Positions 18,582 to 28,959 of a DNA stretch of 64,000 nt are shown here, piece after piece. Under the pieces are notes generated by a model. The model was not told the DNA's origin. It ran no database searches and was given only the letters and a program-made list of their open reading frames with translations. The DNA is from Thermoplasmatota archaeon (lineage in GTDB: Archaea > Thermoplasmatota > E2 > JACPAO01 > JAHFTW01). The DNA lies in the NCBI GenBank assembly GCA_041601615.1, contig JBFIHX010000002.1, forward strand, positions 256,001 through 320,000, in the 5' to 3' direction. The translations under genes were made by a program, and so were the position numbers. Position 1 is the first letter of the stretch. Each line of letters starts with the position of its first letter.

Positions 18582-19970
18582 ATGAGGTTCTTTCCTCTGT
18601 TGACGACGGCTGGCTTGATCTCGGCGTTTGCACTTGCAGGCCGTGCCGGCATCGGGTTCCTAGAAGGCTATGATCCCGTGACCCGCGAGATCACCATGTG
18701 GGTCGAGCCCATAGATTGGAACGTTCACCCCCTCGTCTCGACGCCCGTGTGGGCATTCTGCGCAGAAGGCAATGGCGTGGAGCCCGTCAATGGCGGCGGC
18801 GCGTGCAATGTCCCTGGCCCGACCATCCACGTGGTTAAGGGCGACACGATTCGCCTGACGTTCAAGAACACCCATTCCATTGCGCATACGGTGCATTTCC
18901 ATGGCTGGCACCCGTTTGCATCCGACATGAACGGCGCCAGCCTCCTTGGAGATTCCATGGTGGGCGAACCCGGCTCTGAGACGGTCATCGAGTGGGCCGC
19001 CAAGCCTTCTGGATCATTCATTTACCACTGTCATTTCCAGACTCCAACCCATATGGACATGGGGATGTACGGCGCCTTCATCGTGGACGACCCAGAGGAG
19101 GAAGAAGCGCCGGACCACGATTTCGTGGCGGTCCTTGATGAGTGGGCAATTCGCGAAGACCCCGTGTTTTTGGGCAACGTGCCGGCCTACAATTTCTTCA
19201 CCATCAACGGCAAGAGTTTCCCCTTGACGGAGCCGTGGATTGTGAATCCGGGCGACAAGGTGCGTTTCCACATTGTCAATGCCGGGTTTGAGTTCCATTC
19301 CATGCACCTGCACGGGTACACTCCCGATGCATACGAGAGGGTCGCCGGGCCCGCCAATGCCGTCCGGACGGATGTTCGGACAGTGGCGCCTGGGCAGACC
19401 GTGGTCATGGATTTTGATGCGGACCGAGAAGGAGTCTGGCTGTTTCATGATCACGTCGTGCCGCGTGTCACAGCGGCTTCTGACGGGCATGGATTTGGCG
19501 CCTATCCTCGCGGCATGCTGACCGTGCTCGTCGTGGGCGATGAATACGCAAATGCCTTGGATTCCATCGTTCCCAATTTGCTGGCAGCTGCATCCAACGA
19601 CGCAGCCCCGGCTCCGGCATCCGTGGACAATTCTCACCAAGCGTCCCCCACGAAAGACGAAACGGCAAACGAGACAGAGCCGGCAACAAGTGCGCCCGAA
19701 CGAGTCCTAGTGGAAATGCGCAATTACGCCTTCCAAACACCCGAACTACGAATCGCTGCGGGCACCGTCGTCACATGGAGCAACAAGGATGGCGCGTATC
19801 ATACGGTCACGGCAGAGGATGGGAGCTTCGACAGCGGCGAGATTCAAGCCGGGCGGGCCTGGTCCAAGACCTTCACAGAGCCGGGAACCTACCCGTACTA
19901 CTGCATTCCGCATGCATACGAAAAGGACGGCCAATGGAACGGCATGACTGCAACCATCGTGGTCGAGTAA
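18582..19970 (+). CDS. Two-domain multicopper oxidase with C-terminal cupredoxin
   Basis: HTVHFHG, YHCH..HMDMGM, HSMHLHG, FHDH; C-terminal HTVT..YYCIPH..GM. Confidence 0.88.
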   Translation: MRFFPLLTTAGLISAFALAGRAGIGFLEGYDPVTREITMWVEPIDWNVHPLVSTPVWAFCAEGNGVEPVNGGGACNVPGPTIHVVKGDTIRLTFKNTHSIAHTVHFHGWHPFASDMNGASLLGDSMVGEPGSETVIEWAAKPSGSFIYHCHFQTPTHMDMGMYGAFIVDDPEEEEAPDHDFVAVLDEWAIREDPVFLGNVPAYNFFTINGKSFPLTEPWIVNPGDKVRFHIVNAGFEFHSMHLHGYTPDAYERVAGPANAVRTDVRTVAPGQTVVMDFDADREGVWLFHDHVVPRVTAASDGHGFGAYPRGMLTVLVVGDEYANALDSIVPNLLAAASNDAAPAPASVDNSHQASPTKDETANETEPATSAPERVLVEMRNYAFQTPELRIAAGTVVTWSNKDGAYHTVTAEDGSFDSGEIQAGRAWSKTFTEPGTYPYYCIPHAYEKDGQWNGMTATIVVE

Positions 19971-20202
19971 GGCCCCGCGCATCATGATGAACCGCTGGGC
20001 CCGCACGCAACGACACCACACTCCCTCCGTGCGTTGGTCCGGCATCTTTTCCCTCTTTTTCTCAAACATGACTGCCCGCTGAATACGCCCCGGCCCAGAA
20101 CCGTGGCGCCCGCAATGATGCCGGTGGATTCTGCGTTTTCTACCCCAGACCCCTCAGCAAAGCCACCTTTTCTGTACCCATCGCAAGTTTGAAGGTGCGT
20201 TC

Positions 20203-20892
20203 ATGAAACGCTCTTCCAACTTTTACAGGTTCGCCCGGACACCTCTTCCCAGAGGAACCCCCGACGCTCCCCGAGGCCCCGCCGTCTTGCTTCGCGTCGT
20301 TGCGTGGCTTGGATTGGTCGCCTCGGCATTGGCAATCCTGCAAATTGCAGGCATGCTCGTCGTGGTGTATTTCTTCATCGGACTCCTTTTAGACAGCGAA
20401 GAAGCCCGCGCGGGAGCACTCATCGGGTCCGCCATCCTTGGCATCGTGCTACTTCTGGCGCTTACCACCACCGCAACCGCGGGACGTGCCTACCTCGCGT
20501 GGGTCCAGCAAGCGGGAGACGCCGTGGCTCGTACCCGCGTGACCGCGTGGCTCATCTTCGCAATCGCACTCGTCGTCGTGACCGCAACCTTCCAGCCACC
20601 TCCGTCCTTGGAGCCGCAAAACACCGCAGGAATGGCAACCGCAGGGCTCGGTTTGGCACTTATCATCGCCACCATGGGCATCGTCATACTCGCCCAAAAT
20701 CGAAGCAACAACGCGAACTCTTCATCGCCTCGCCAACCCAACACCGCTCCCGCGGCCTGCCCCCCCCACCCTTCGACGGGCCAGACCACGACAGATTACC
20801 AATGCCCCCAGTGTCGCCGCCAATACCAACTCCCGGCACTCCCCAAGGTAGGCACACTCTGCCCATCCTGTCGTCCCGCCAAGGAACCCTAG
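20203..20892 (+). CDS. Membrane protein with C-terminal Zn ribbon
   Basis: 4-5 TM segments, CPQC...CPSC. Confidence 0.65.
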   Translation: MKRSSNFYRFARTPLPRGTPDAPRGPAVLLRVVAWLGLVASALAILQIAGMLVVVYFFIGLLLDSEEARAGALIGSAILGIVLLLALTTTATAGRAYLAWVQQAGDAVARTRVTAWLIFAIALVVVTATFQPPPSLEPQNTAGMATAGLGLALIIATMGIVILAQNRSNNANSSSPRQPNTAPAACPPHPSTGQTTTDYQCPQCRRQYQLPALPKVGTLCPSCRPAKEP

Positions 20893-20927
20893 TGACCCCG
20901 ACGGATTGAGCCCCCGGGCCAAAGAGC

Positions 20928-21290
20928 TTGATAATCGACGCTGCCCCTGCCTCGAACGTGGCCGTCACCTCTTGTCCGCACTGCGACGCCCCGGTCCCTG
21001 TGCCGGTGGAAGCCGAGGAGGGATCGTGTCCCGAGTGCAACGCGCCACTACAATTCGTGGACGTGCCGGACCGTCCCTGCGACCACTGCACGGAGCCCGT
21101 CGCACTGCCCCCAGGGCGGAATATTGTGCGCTGCGAAGCTTGTGGGCGGTTGCAGGCTGCCGCCGAAGGCCGCGACGTCATCATGGAGGCCCGCTGCCCC
21201 CGCTGCCGCAGGCTCGTCACGGCCAAGATTGGGCAAGAACAGGCGTCGTGCGGGGCATGCGGGGCGCAAATGGTCCTTGAGCAACCGTGA
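20928..21290 (+). CDS. Multi-Zn-ribbon protein
   Basis: Six CxxC pairs in 120 aa; start could be the GTG at 20958. Confidence 0.7.
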   Translation: MIIDAAPASNVAVTSCPHCDAPVPVPVEAEEGSCPECNAPLQFVDVPDRPCDHCTEPVALPPGRNIVRCEACGRLQAAAEGRDVIMEARCPRCRRLVTAKIGQEQASCGACGAQMVLEQP

Positions 21291-21319
21291 TAACCCAAAC
21301 CAGGGTTGGAGATGCTGTC

Positions 21320-22402
21320 ATGGCCAAGCCGCTGACCGAGCACTCCACCAAGCTTCGCGCAGGCAAGGGCGACAAAGCACCCCTCGCGTCCTCGAGCCAG
21401 CCGGCCCGTTCGCGTGTGCTGGAACCCGTCGAGGGAGGTCGCGTGCGCCGCATCGTCTTCGAGGGCGATGAGCCCGTCCCGGCCCCTACCCCTGTGCGCA
21501 GTGCCCAGCGTCGCGCTGCCGATGAGTGGATGCCGCGTCACCGCGCAGACATGGACGACATTGAGTTTGAAGTGGACCACTTGGACCGCATCAAGCCACG
21601 CCGCAAGGCCTCCGTGGATCCCAAATCCCGCATCGAAACCGGCACGCTCTACGAAACAGAGCGCGGCGGCGTGCACGAAGCCCGGCAAATGACCTCTCGT
21701 GGCGAGCGCCGTGTCTTGTACACCTCCAAGCGCGACGGCGACCGCATCGAAGAGCGCCGCTTTTCGGGCCGCATGGTGGATGAAATCCTTGCCAAGCGCG
21801 ACGCACCCGTGGAGGAAGAGGTCGTGCGCGAGGAAAGCGTCGAGTACGTCTCCCGCAAGCGCCGCGTCGTCGAAGAAGTCGTCGTGGAGCCCAAGAAGGC
21901 CAAGAAGCCAAAAGTGGAAAAAGCAACCAAAAAGACGTCCCCCAAAGTCGCCAAGGAAGCGAAGGCTGTCAAACCCGCCAAGAAGGTCGCTCCCGTCGTG
22001 GCGCCCGTCGAGGAATCCGAATACCAACCCCAGTGTGCCGCCGTCACCAAAGGCGGCGTGCAATGCCGCAACAGCGCCAAGGATGGCAGCCGACACTGCG
22101 GCAGCCACCAGGGATACAAACCCGTCTCCGCGCGTGATTTGGCCGACACGGCGCCCGTGCACGCCGGAGCCGCCGACACGCTCCCGGGCCAAGGACGCGA
22201 GAAGACAGCCGGCGGGAAACAGGCCCAGTGCGGCGCATACACCTCCAGCGGCATGCAGTGCCGCAACAGCAGCCGCAAGAACAGCAAATACTGCGGCGCC
22301 CACAAGGGCTACCGCGCCCCCAGCAAGGCGCAACTGGAGAGCCGACTGGACACCAAACCGCGCTGGGACAAGGCACCGGACACATTGCCTGACGTGAAGT
22401 AG
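21320..22402 (+). CDS. Lys/Arg-rich protein with two C-C-C-H (DUF5763-like) domains
   Basis: QCAAVTKGGVQCRN...HCGSH and QCGAYTSSGMQCRN...YCGAH repeats. Confidence 0.75.
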   Translation: MAKPLTEHSTKLRAGKGDKAPLASSSQPARSRVLEPVEGGRVRRIVFEGDEPVPAPTPVRSAQRRAADEWMPRHRADMDDIEFEVDHLDRIKPRRKASVDPKSRIETGTLYETERGGVHEARQMTSRGERRVLYTSKRDGDRIEERRFSGRMVDEILAKRDAPVEEEVVREESVEYVSRKRRVVEEVVVEPKKAKKPKVEKATKKTSPKVAKEAKAVKPAKKVAPVVAPVEESEYQPQCAAVTKGGVQCRNSAKDGSRHCGSHQGYKPVSARDLADTAPVHAGAADTLPGQGREKTAGGKQAQCGAYTSSGMQCRNSSRKNSKYCGAHKGYRAPSKAQLESRLDTKPRWDKAPDTLPDVK

Positions 22403-22447
22403 GCCGACTCGCCAACGTTCAAGTGGAAGTACCGGTGGGACAGCCCT

Positions 22448-24250
22448 GTGCTGGAAGTCCTGCACCGCGACGGCCGCGGACGCATCGCTAGCTGGGAGCC
22501 CACCGAAGGTACCCGCGTGGAGAGCCCGGGCCTGATCGTCCCGGAGACAAGCCAATGCCCCGTGCCTGCTTGGGCCAAGATGGTCGTGACCGCCGAGCCG
22601 AAGGGCCGCGAAGGCGTCGTGGAACTCACCAGCGGCGGCACCTGGTTCTACCCGAACGCCACCAACGCAGACGCAGGCGGACTCGGCCTCGTGGTCCCCG
22701 CACCCATGCCCGGCCCCACGACGCAAGTGCAGATTCTCTCCGTCGGTGACGAACTTGCGGTGTTCCACGATGCCGGTGGCTGGGCCAGCGACCCCAAGCG
22801 CCTCCTTCCCGCATTCATCGAAGCCAAGCACCAAGCGACTCCGGGACGCCTGCTCTGGGCCCCCGCGCTTGGCACTCCCGCTGACTACGCTGTCTGGGCC
22901 TACCTCGGCGTGGACCTGTTCGACGCATCGCCCTTGATGCTCGCCGCGGTCCAAGGCACTGCGCTCACGATCGACGGCCCGCTTGGCTTGCTGCAAGCCG
23001 AGGCATTGTTTGGCGAGCCCGGCGAAACATGGGACGTGGACCGGCTCATGGCGTTCAACCTCGAAACCGCCCGCGCCGAACTGCGTCTCGTGCAGCACGC
23101 CATCCAGCATGGCACCCTCAGGCAACTTGCCGAGCGCCGCGCCTACACGCACCCGGATTCCGTCGCCCTCCTGCGTCGCTTTGACGCTGAACACCACCAC
23201 CTCGAAGCCGCAACCCCCGCCAACACCAACGTGGCCGTCCCGTGCATGACCTGGGACAGCCTATGGATGCCGGCCGTGGAGCGTTTCCGCCGCCGCATGC
23301 GTGATGCCTACACGCCGCCCGCCAGTGCCGACGTTCTCGTGCTGCTGCCCTGCTCCGCGCGCAAACCGTACCGACTCAGCAAGACCCACCGCTACTTTGC
23401 TCGGGCCCTCGACGAGACTGGCCTGCGCCCCCGCATCCACGAAGTGATGGTCACCTCCCCGCTGGGCCTCGTGCCACGCGACATGGAAGACGTGTACCCA
23501 GCCAACTTGTACGACCTTCCCGTCACCGGCCACTGGAACCAAGACGAAGAGGAACTCATCCGCACCCAACTGGCAAGCCTGCTGGAAGCCGGGAACTACA
23601 AGCACGTCGTCGCCCACGTTCCTGCCTCCACCTACAGCATCATCCGTGACCTCCTGCCCGACGGCACCCTGCACACCGCGCACGGACGCCCCAGCGGCAA
23701 GGAGGACTGCGACCGCCTGCGCGATGTCCTTCGCAACATCAAGACCATGGACCCCGCGCCCGGCGACATCCCCGCCGCCCGCGCCCGCAAACTGGAGGAC
23801 CTGCGAGCCCTCCTGAGCTACCAATTCGGCGCCGACGCCGCCCGCGAACTCTGCGAAGGCGCCAGCGCCAGCGGACGGGTGCCGTACGTCAAACTCACCG
23901 GCCCCGACGGCAAACAACTGGGCCAAACCATCATGGACCGAGGAATGCTCAGCTTGACCCTGGAAGGCGCCGCCATCGTCGCCAAACACCAGACAAAGCG
24001 CGTGCAGACCGGCAACTTCTGGATCCGCAAAACGGGCAGCCTGTTTGCCGTGGGCGTGGAAGGCGCCGACGCGGACGTGCGTGCCGGCGACGACGTGGTC
24101 GTCATGTACGGCGATGAAATCCGAGGCTGCGGCCAGGCACTCATGAATGGCGAAGATATGATCCACAGCAAGCGCGGTGTCGCAGTCAACCTACGCCACA
24201 TAGTCAAAGAACCGAAGGCGCCGAAGGAATCCAAGGAGGTCCCCGCATGA
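22448..24250 (+). CDS. arcS: Archaeosine synthase subunit alpha (TGT-like + DUF5591 + PUA)
   Basis: LPCSARKPY..S.TH, TSPLGLVP, YDLPVTGHW, C-terminal PUA; adjacent to RaSEA. Confidence 0.88.
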   Translation: MLEVLHRDGRGRIASWEPTEGTRVESPGLIVPETSQCPVPAWAKMVVTAEPKGREGVVELTSGGTWFYPNATNADAGGLGLVVPAPMPGPTTQVQILSVGDELAVFHDAGGWASDPKRLLPAFIEAKHQATPGRLLWAPALGTPADYAVWAYLGVDLFDASPLMLAAVQGTALTIDGPLGLLQAEALFGEPGETWDVDRLMAFNLETARAELRLVQHAIQHGTLRQLAERRAYTHPDSVALLRRFDAEHHHLEAATPANTNVAVPCMTWDSLWMPAVERFRRRMRDAYTPPASADVLVLLPCSARKPYRLSKTHRYFARALDETGLRPRIHEVMVTSPLGLVPRDMEDVYPANLYDLPVTGHWNQDEEELIRTQLASLLEAGNYKHVVAHVPASTYSIIRDLLPDGTLHTAHGRPSGKEDCDRLRDVLRNIKTMDPAPGDIPAARARKLEDLRALLSYQFGADAARELCEGASASGRVPYVKLTGPDGKQLGQTIMDRGMLSLTLEGAAIVAKHQTKRVQTGNFWIRKTGSLFAVGVEGADADVRAGDDVVVMYGDEIRGCGQALMNGEDMIHSKRGVAVNLRHIVKEPKAPKESKEVPA

Positions 24251-25362
24251 GCATCGAATCCGACGCAACGGTCGTGGGCATTGCCAAGGTCGTCGACCAA
24301 AACGTCGTCAACCCACAACTCAACGACGAAGCCCGCCTCATCCGCGCCGACATTCCCATGCGCAAAGACCCGGGTGATCTGGAAGAGTACATTCGCTGCT
24401 GGAGCGAAGAAGACGTCATCGACGGCCGCCCCTGCAAAGCGCTCGTTGTGATCCTCAAGACCCGTGGCTGCACCTGGGCACTGGCCGGCGGCTGCACCAT
24501 GTGCGGCTACGCCAACGAATCCGCCTGGAGCAAGGTCAGCGACGACCAACTCGTGACGCAATTCGAGAAGGGCTGGCGCAAATACCGTGGCGAAGAACTC
24601 GTCAAAATCTACACCTCAGGCTCCTTCATCGACCCCAAGGAAGTCCCCGTCGCCGCCCAACAACGCATCCTTGACATCATCGGCGACAAGCCCTTGAAAG
24701 TCGCGTTCGAGAGCCTACCCGGATTCATCCAGCCCGGTACCTTCGAGGCGCTTGCCGGCCGCGTGCAGCGCATGGAAGTGGGCATCGGCGTCGAAAGCAG
24801 CAACCTCCTGGTGCTTCGTGACAGCATCAACAAAGGCCATGGCTTCGAGACGTTCCCCCGCGCCGCCGCCATCTGCAAAGAACACGGCGTCTCGGTCAAA
24901 GCCTACCTCATGTGCAAGCCGCCGTTTTTGAAGGAATCCGACGCGCTGGCCGACAGCACCCAAACCATCATCGACGCCGCCCCCCACAGCAACGTCGTGT
25001 CCCTGAATCCGACCAACATCCAGGGCCGCACCGTCGTCGACGCGCTGCACCGACGAGGCAGCTACCGCGCCCCGTGGCTCTGGACACTCGTGCAAGCACT
25101 GCTCGACGGCCGCACTGTCGCCGAGGAAGCCGGCTTCGACCAGATCCTCAAATCCGACGTCATCGCCGCCGGTCAAGACCGAGGCGCCCACAACTGCCGC
25201 GAATGCGACGAACGGGTCGTCAAGTACCTAAAGAAGTACAAGGACACCCAGGACAAGAAGTGGCTCGCAGAGTGCCTAGAGAAGGTGCAATGCCGCTGCC
25301 GCCGCGAATGGGAACTCGTGCGCGAATTGGGGCCATTGGTGCCGGCGTACAAAGGACTCTAG
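24247..25362 (+). CDS. Archaeosine biosynthesis radical SAM protein RaSEA
   Basis: TRGC.W...GGCTMCGY, KIYTSGSF, KPPFL.E, RGAHNC. Confidence 0.9.
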   Translation: MSIESDATVVGIAKVVDQNVVNPQLNDEARLIRADIPMRKDPGDLEEYIRCWSEEDVIDGRPCKALVVILKTRGCTWALAGGCTMCGYANESAWSKVSDDQLVTQFEKGWRKYRGEELVKIYTSGSFIDPKEVPVAAQQRILDIIGDKPLKVAFESLPGFIQPGTFEALAGRVQRMEVGIGVESSNLLVLRDSINKGHGFETFPRAAAICKEHGVSVKAYLMCKPPFLKESDALADSTQTIIDAAPHSNVVSLNPTNIQGRTVVDALHRRGSYRAPWLWTLVQALLDGRTVAEEAGFDQILKSDVIAAGQDRGAHNCRECDERVVKYLKKYKDTQDKKWLAECLEKVQCRCRREWELVRELGPLVPAYKGL

Positions 25363-25474
25363 GGCGCCGACCTAAGATCCGAGCTGGATCCGCTAGGGCC
25401 CCCGCCAGTCCAGTAACCATTTCTGGCCCCCGGCTCCAATAGAGGCTAAGTACCTTCCCAGATATGATGTTCTG

Positions 25475-26161
25475 ATGCGCTACGTATCCATCCTCGCTGT
25501 TTTATCCCTCCTCCTTTCCGCCCTCGCCATCCTACCCACCGCAGAGGCGATCGGATGCCCCGGCCCCAACCTCACCATACCCGGCCCCGACGGCGACATC
25601 GCCACCCACAGCTACTACCCCGGCTGCGGCTTCGACCTAGTGCTCAACGAAGGCAAAGAATGCCCCGACGGCGACGACGACTGGAACCACATCCCTGTAT
25701 GGCTCGTCAACCTCTACTTCAACACCTGCGGCGACCCAGACCAAGGCCTCCTCAACAACCCCTTCTCGGTGCTGGAAGAGACTCCTCCTGCCCCGCGACC
25801 ATTCGACGCATGCCCCGGCGGCATCACGCGCCCGGCCCTCCTCTTTCCCCACATCCGCAGCGACTGCAACCCCGACCCGCACGCAACCGTTGTCGGCCCC
25901 CAGTGCCCGGGACCCCACCATGACAAAACGCCCGTGGCATACGAGAACATCACCGTACAGTACGAACAATGCCTCCTCTCCGCACCCTCCATCGGCAATC
26001 CGTTCTACAACAGCACCCACTGCCGACCGGTCCCCGAAAACAACGGCGCCGCCACGGTCACCGACGATTGCAGGCACATCTACCAGGACGGCTGCGACGA
26101 ACACACCGACCAGCGGATCCCCCAGGTCCTCTTCTCCATGACCGTACACTACTGCACCTAA
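25475..26161 (+). CDS. Secreted Cys-rich protein with three internal 4-Cys repeats
   Basis: Signal peptide; 12 Cys in three similarly spaced blocks. Confidence 0.7.
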   Translation: MRYVSILAVLSLLLSALAILPTAEAIGCPGPNLTIPGPDGDIATHSYYPGCGFDLVLNEGKECPDGDDDWNHIPVWLVNLYFNTCGDPDQGLLNNPFSVLEETPPAPRPFDACPGGITRPALLFPHIRSDCNPDPHATVVGPQCPGPHHDKTPVAYENITVQYEQCLLSAPSIGNPFYNSTHCRPVPENNGAATVTDDCRHIYQDGCDEHTDQRIPQVLFSMTVHYCT

Positions 26162-26228
26162 GTCCCCCGCAAGCCACAGCCTAGGCCCTCCTCCCCAACC
26201 CTTTCATCCCGGCCCCCGTCGCGCCCTC

Positions 26229-27455
26229 GTGCACCTGTGCGACCGCTGCCTTGGACGACGCCTGACCGGGGCCGTCGGCGCCGAAATCCAAATCGAGGCA
26301 GGCGCCCATTATCGCAGTGAAAACGGTGGCTTGGCTGAGGTCACCGCCGCCGATTGCCGTGTGTGCGAGGGCCGCTGGGATGTGGACACTTGGGTGCAAC
26401 TGGCCGCCGACGCGCTGGCGTCCTACGAGCACACCAATTTCCAGGTCGGCACTGTGTTTCCGATTCCCTGCGAACAATATGAGAAATCCTGGAAGCACCT
26501 CAATCCCGAAATCGGCGACAGCATCCGCACGGAGACCAACCGCATCATTGCGCCCTTGCTTGCGGCCAAACTGGGCACCGAAGCCGTCACGGACGGCCGG
26601 CCGGACGTGGTGGTCAGCGTCGACACCCGCTTCTGGACCGCTTCGGCTCGCAGTAACAGCCTGTTTGTCGCCGGTCGCTACACCAAACACCGCCGCGACC
26701 TGCCCCAGACCCATTGGCCCTGCAAAACCTGCCAAGGAACCGGTTGCTACCAATGCGAAGACTCCGGCGTCATGTACCCGGACTCCGTCGAAGACTGCAT
26801 TGGACAACCCGCCAAAACCGCCTTCGACGCAGAGGGCTACAGTTTCCACGGCGCTGGACGCGAAGACATCGACGCATTGATGCTCGGCACCGGCCGCCCG
26901 TTCGTTCTCGAATTGCACGACCCGAAGCGACGAACGCTCGACGCACCCGCCCTCGAAGCCGCCATCAACGCCACGACCTCTGAGCGCGGCACCGGAGTCC
27001 TAGCCCTGCGGCTCACCGAAAAAGCCGAAGTGGCCGCCATCAAGGAAGCCGCCTACGACAAGCACTACCTTGCCCACTGCGAAACCGAGGAGGACCTGAC
27101 CGAAGCCCAAATCATCGCCGCGTGCGAGGCGATGACCGGCGCCGAACTGGACCAACGCACCCCCCAGCGCGTCAGCCACCGACGGGCCGACCTCATACGC
27201 AACCGCACCATCCAAAACATGACCCTCGAACGCATGGACGACCCACGCCACTTCGCCGTCGCCGTCCACGCCGATTCGGGCGCCTACATCAAGGAAATGA
27301 TCAGCTCGGACGAAGGCCGCACCACCCCAAGCCTTGCCGAGAAACTCGGGGTCGCGTGCCGTGTAACTTTGCTCGATGTCACCGAAATCGTGGACGACGA
27401 ACCCGCCACAGCCCATGAACCTGGCGCGCCCCCAGCCCCGGCCACAACCGACTAG
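26229..27455 (+). CDS. pus10: tRNA pseudouridine(54/55) synthase Pus10
   Basis: LCDRCLGR, GRY.K..R.LPQT.W, FHGAGREDID, Q.TP.RV.HRR, GAYIKE. Confidence 0.93.
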   Translation: MHLCDRCLGRRLTGAVGAEIQIEAGAHYRSENGGLAEVTAADCRVCEGRWDVDTWVQLAADALASYEHTNFQVGTVFPIPCEQYEKSWKHLNPEIGDSIRTETNRIIAPLLAAKLGTEAVTDGRPDVVVSVDTRFWTASARSNSLFVAGRYTKHRRDLPQTHWPCKTCQGTGCYQCEDSGVMYPDSVEDCIGQPAKTAFDAEGYSFHGAGREDIDALMLGTGRPFVLELHDPKRRTLDAPALEAAINATTSERGTGVLALRLTEKAEVAAIKEAAYDKHYLAHCETEEDLTEAQIIAACEAMTGAELDQRTPQRVSHRRADLIRNRTIQNMTLERMDDPRHFAVAVHADSGAYIKEMISSDEGRTTPSLAEKLGVACRVTLLDVTEIVDDEPATAHEPGAPPAPATTD

Positions 27456-27709
27456 TCGACGCCCTCCACATACCAAATACCTACCAAAAGCATCCCTCGG
27501 ACGGCACAAAACCCAGAGTCTCCCGAGGTGCTGCTGAAAACGCGCCAACAGCATAGGCCTCGGGTCATCGGCCGAAGCTCAAGCGGAGGTGCCGGGCTTT
27601 TGCGTCGCCCCTTGGTGAGGCTCAGGCTTAAGTATCCGTGCCGGTCCTCGAAGGCTCACCGTCCACGGCGGACTGTCCAGCCAGCCCGCCGCGAAGAGGT
27701 GCATCCACC

Positions 27710-28003
27710 ATGCCGATCCGTTCCAAGGGGCTTCGCTCCAAGACCCGAGGCGTCTTTACCAAGCGCCCCCGCGACCGCGGTGTAGCCAGCCCGAACAAGA
27801 TCCTGCGTCAGTTCGAACCCGGCACCCGTGTCGCCATCGTCAACGACAGTTCCCAGCAAAAGGGAATGACCCACAAGCGCTTCCAGGGCCAGACCGGTGT
27901 GGTCAGCTCCAAGCAGGGTGATTCCTTCGTTGTTGACATCGTGCACGGCAACAAGCCCAAGACCCTCGTCGTTCGCGCCGAGCACCTGAAGCCCGTCCAG
28001 TGA
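27710..28003 (+). CDS. rpl21e: 50S ribosomal protein L21e
   Basis: SKG.RSKTR, KGM.HKRFQG.TG, EHLKP. Confidence 0.95.
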   Translation: MPIRSKGLRSKTRGVFTKRPRDRGVASPNKILRQFEPGTRVAIVNDSSQQKGMTHKRFQGQTGVVSSKQGDSFVVDIVHGNKPKTLVVRAEHLKPVQ

Positions 28004-28371
28004 GTTCCATGAGCGACGACGTCATCCTAGACGACTTGATCGAAGACGGCCGCCTTGTCGGCCTCGCCGAGGTCAAGGAAATGCTGATGGAGGCCCAAGA
28101 GTCCCGCCCGGAACTCACCTACGAGCAGAAGATCGCCCTCGAGCACGCGCGCCGCTTTGCCCGCATCGACGTGGCGACCACCAACGCCCTTGTTTCGGAC
28201 CTCGCAACCGCGTTCCCCAACATGGACGAGAAGTTCGCCGTGCGCATCGCAGACCTTCTGCCCCAGCACGTCGACGACGTCCAAAGCATCCTCCAGAAGG
28301 CCCGCTTGGACCTTTCCCCTGAGGACCTGGAGAAGGTCCTCGAGATCATCGACAAGCACTACGTCGCCTGA
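28000..28371 (+). CDS. rpo4: RNA polymerase subunit Rpo4 (RpoF)
   Basis: LTYEQKIALEHA..F, IADLLP; conserved position after rpl21e. Confidence 0.9.
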   Translation: MSSMSDDVILDDLIEDGRLVGLAEVKEMLMEAQESRPELTYEQKIALEHARRFARIDVATTNALVSDLATAFPNMDEKFAVRIADLLPQHVDDVQSILQKARLDLSPEDLEKVLEIIDKHYVA

Positions 28372-28380
28372 GGTTGACCC

Positions 28381-28959
28381 ATGGAAGACTACGTCCGTAT
28401 CCTCGATTTCTTGCCCAAGGGGCGCCCCGATGCGCCTCCTAGCCGCCGGGAGCCGACCCTTCTTGGTGTCGGTGAGGCGCAGTTCACGCTGTTCGAGCTT
28501 GTGCCCAAGCAGGGTGCCAGCTTTACCATCGGCGACCGGGCGTACATCGGCAAGGACGTAGAGCAGCGCGGCGTCATCCAGAAGATTCGCGGCCGCGTCA
28601 AGTACGAGGAGTTGACACCCTCGGCGCACGGCGAATTGCCGTATGTCATTGAGGACGTCATCAAGGAGGACCAGGAGCGGTTTGTGAAGTTCTTCAACGA
28701 CGCACCGCCCATCAGTGTCCGCTTCCACGCCCTGGAACTTCTACCGGGTGTTGGAAAGAAGAGCGTCGAGCACATTGTGCAAGAGCGCAAGAATGGCCCG
28801 TTCAAGGACCTGAAGGACCTGGAAACCCGCGCCCACATTCCCCACCCGGAAAAGGTCGTCATCCAGCGCATCATGAAGGAAATCCAGGACGAGTCGGAGA
28901 AGTACCACATCTTCGTGCGGCCTCCCCAGAAGGACGAGCCGCACGGCCGCTGGCGATAA
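28381..28959 (+). CDS. DUF655 putative RNA-binding protein
   Basis: LDFLP.G, FFN.A.PI..R.H.LELLPGVGKK. Confidence 0.92.
   Translation: MEDYVRILDFLPKGRPDAPPSRREPTLLGVGEAQFTLFELVPKQGASFTIGDRAYIGKDVEQRGVIQKIRGRVKYEELTPSAHGELPYVIEDVIKEDQERFVKFFNDAPPISVRFHALELLPGVGKKSVEHIVQERKNGPFKDLKDLETRAHIPHPEKVVIQRIMKEIQDESEKYHIFVRPPQKDEPHGRWR

Noticed and set aside
20684-23200. 838-aa minus-strand ORF (and similar long ORFs such as 36634-39087 and 7317-8762)
   Set aside because: Antisense shadows of well-supported genes in high-GC DNA; no motifs.
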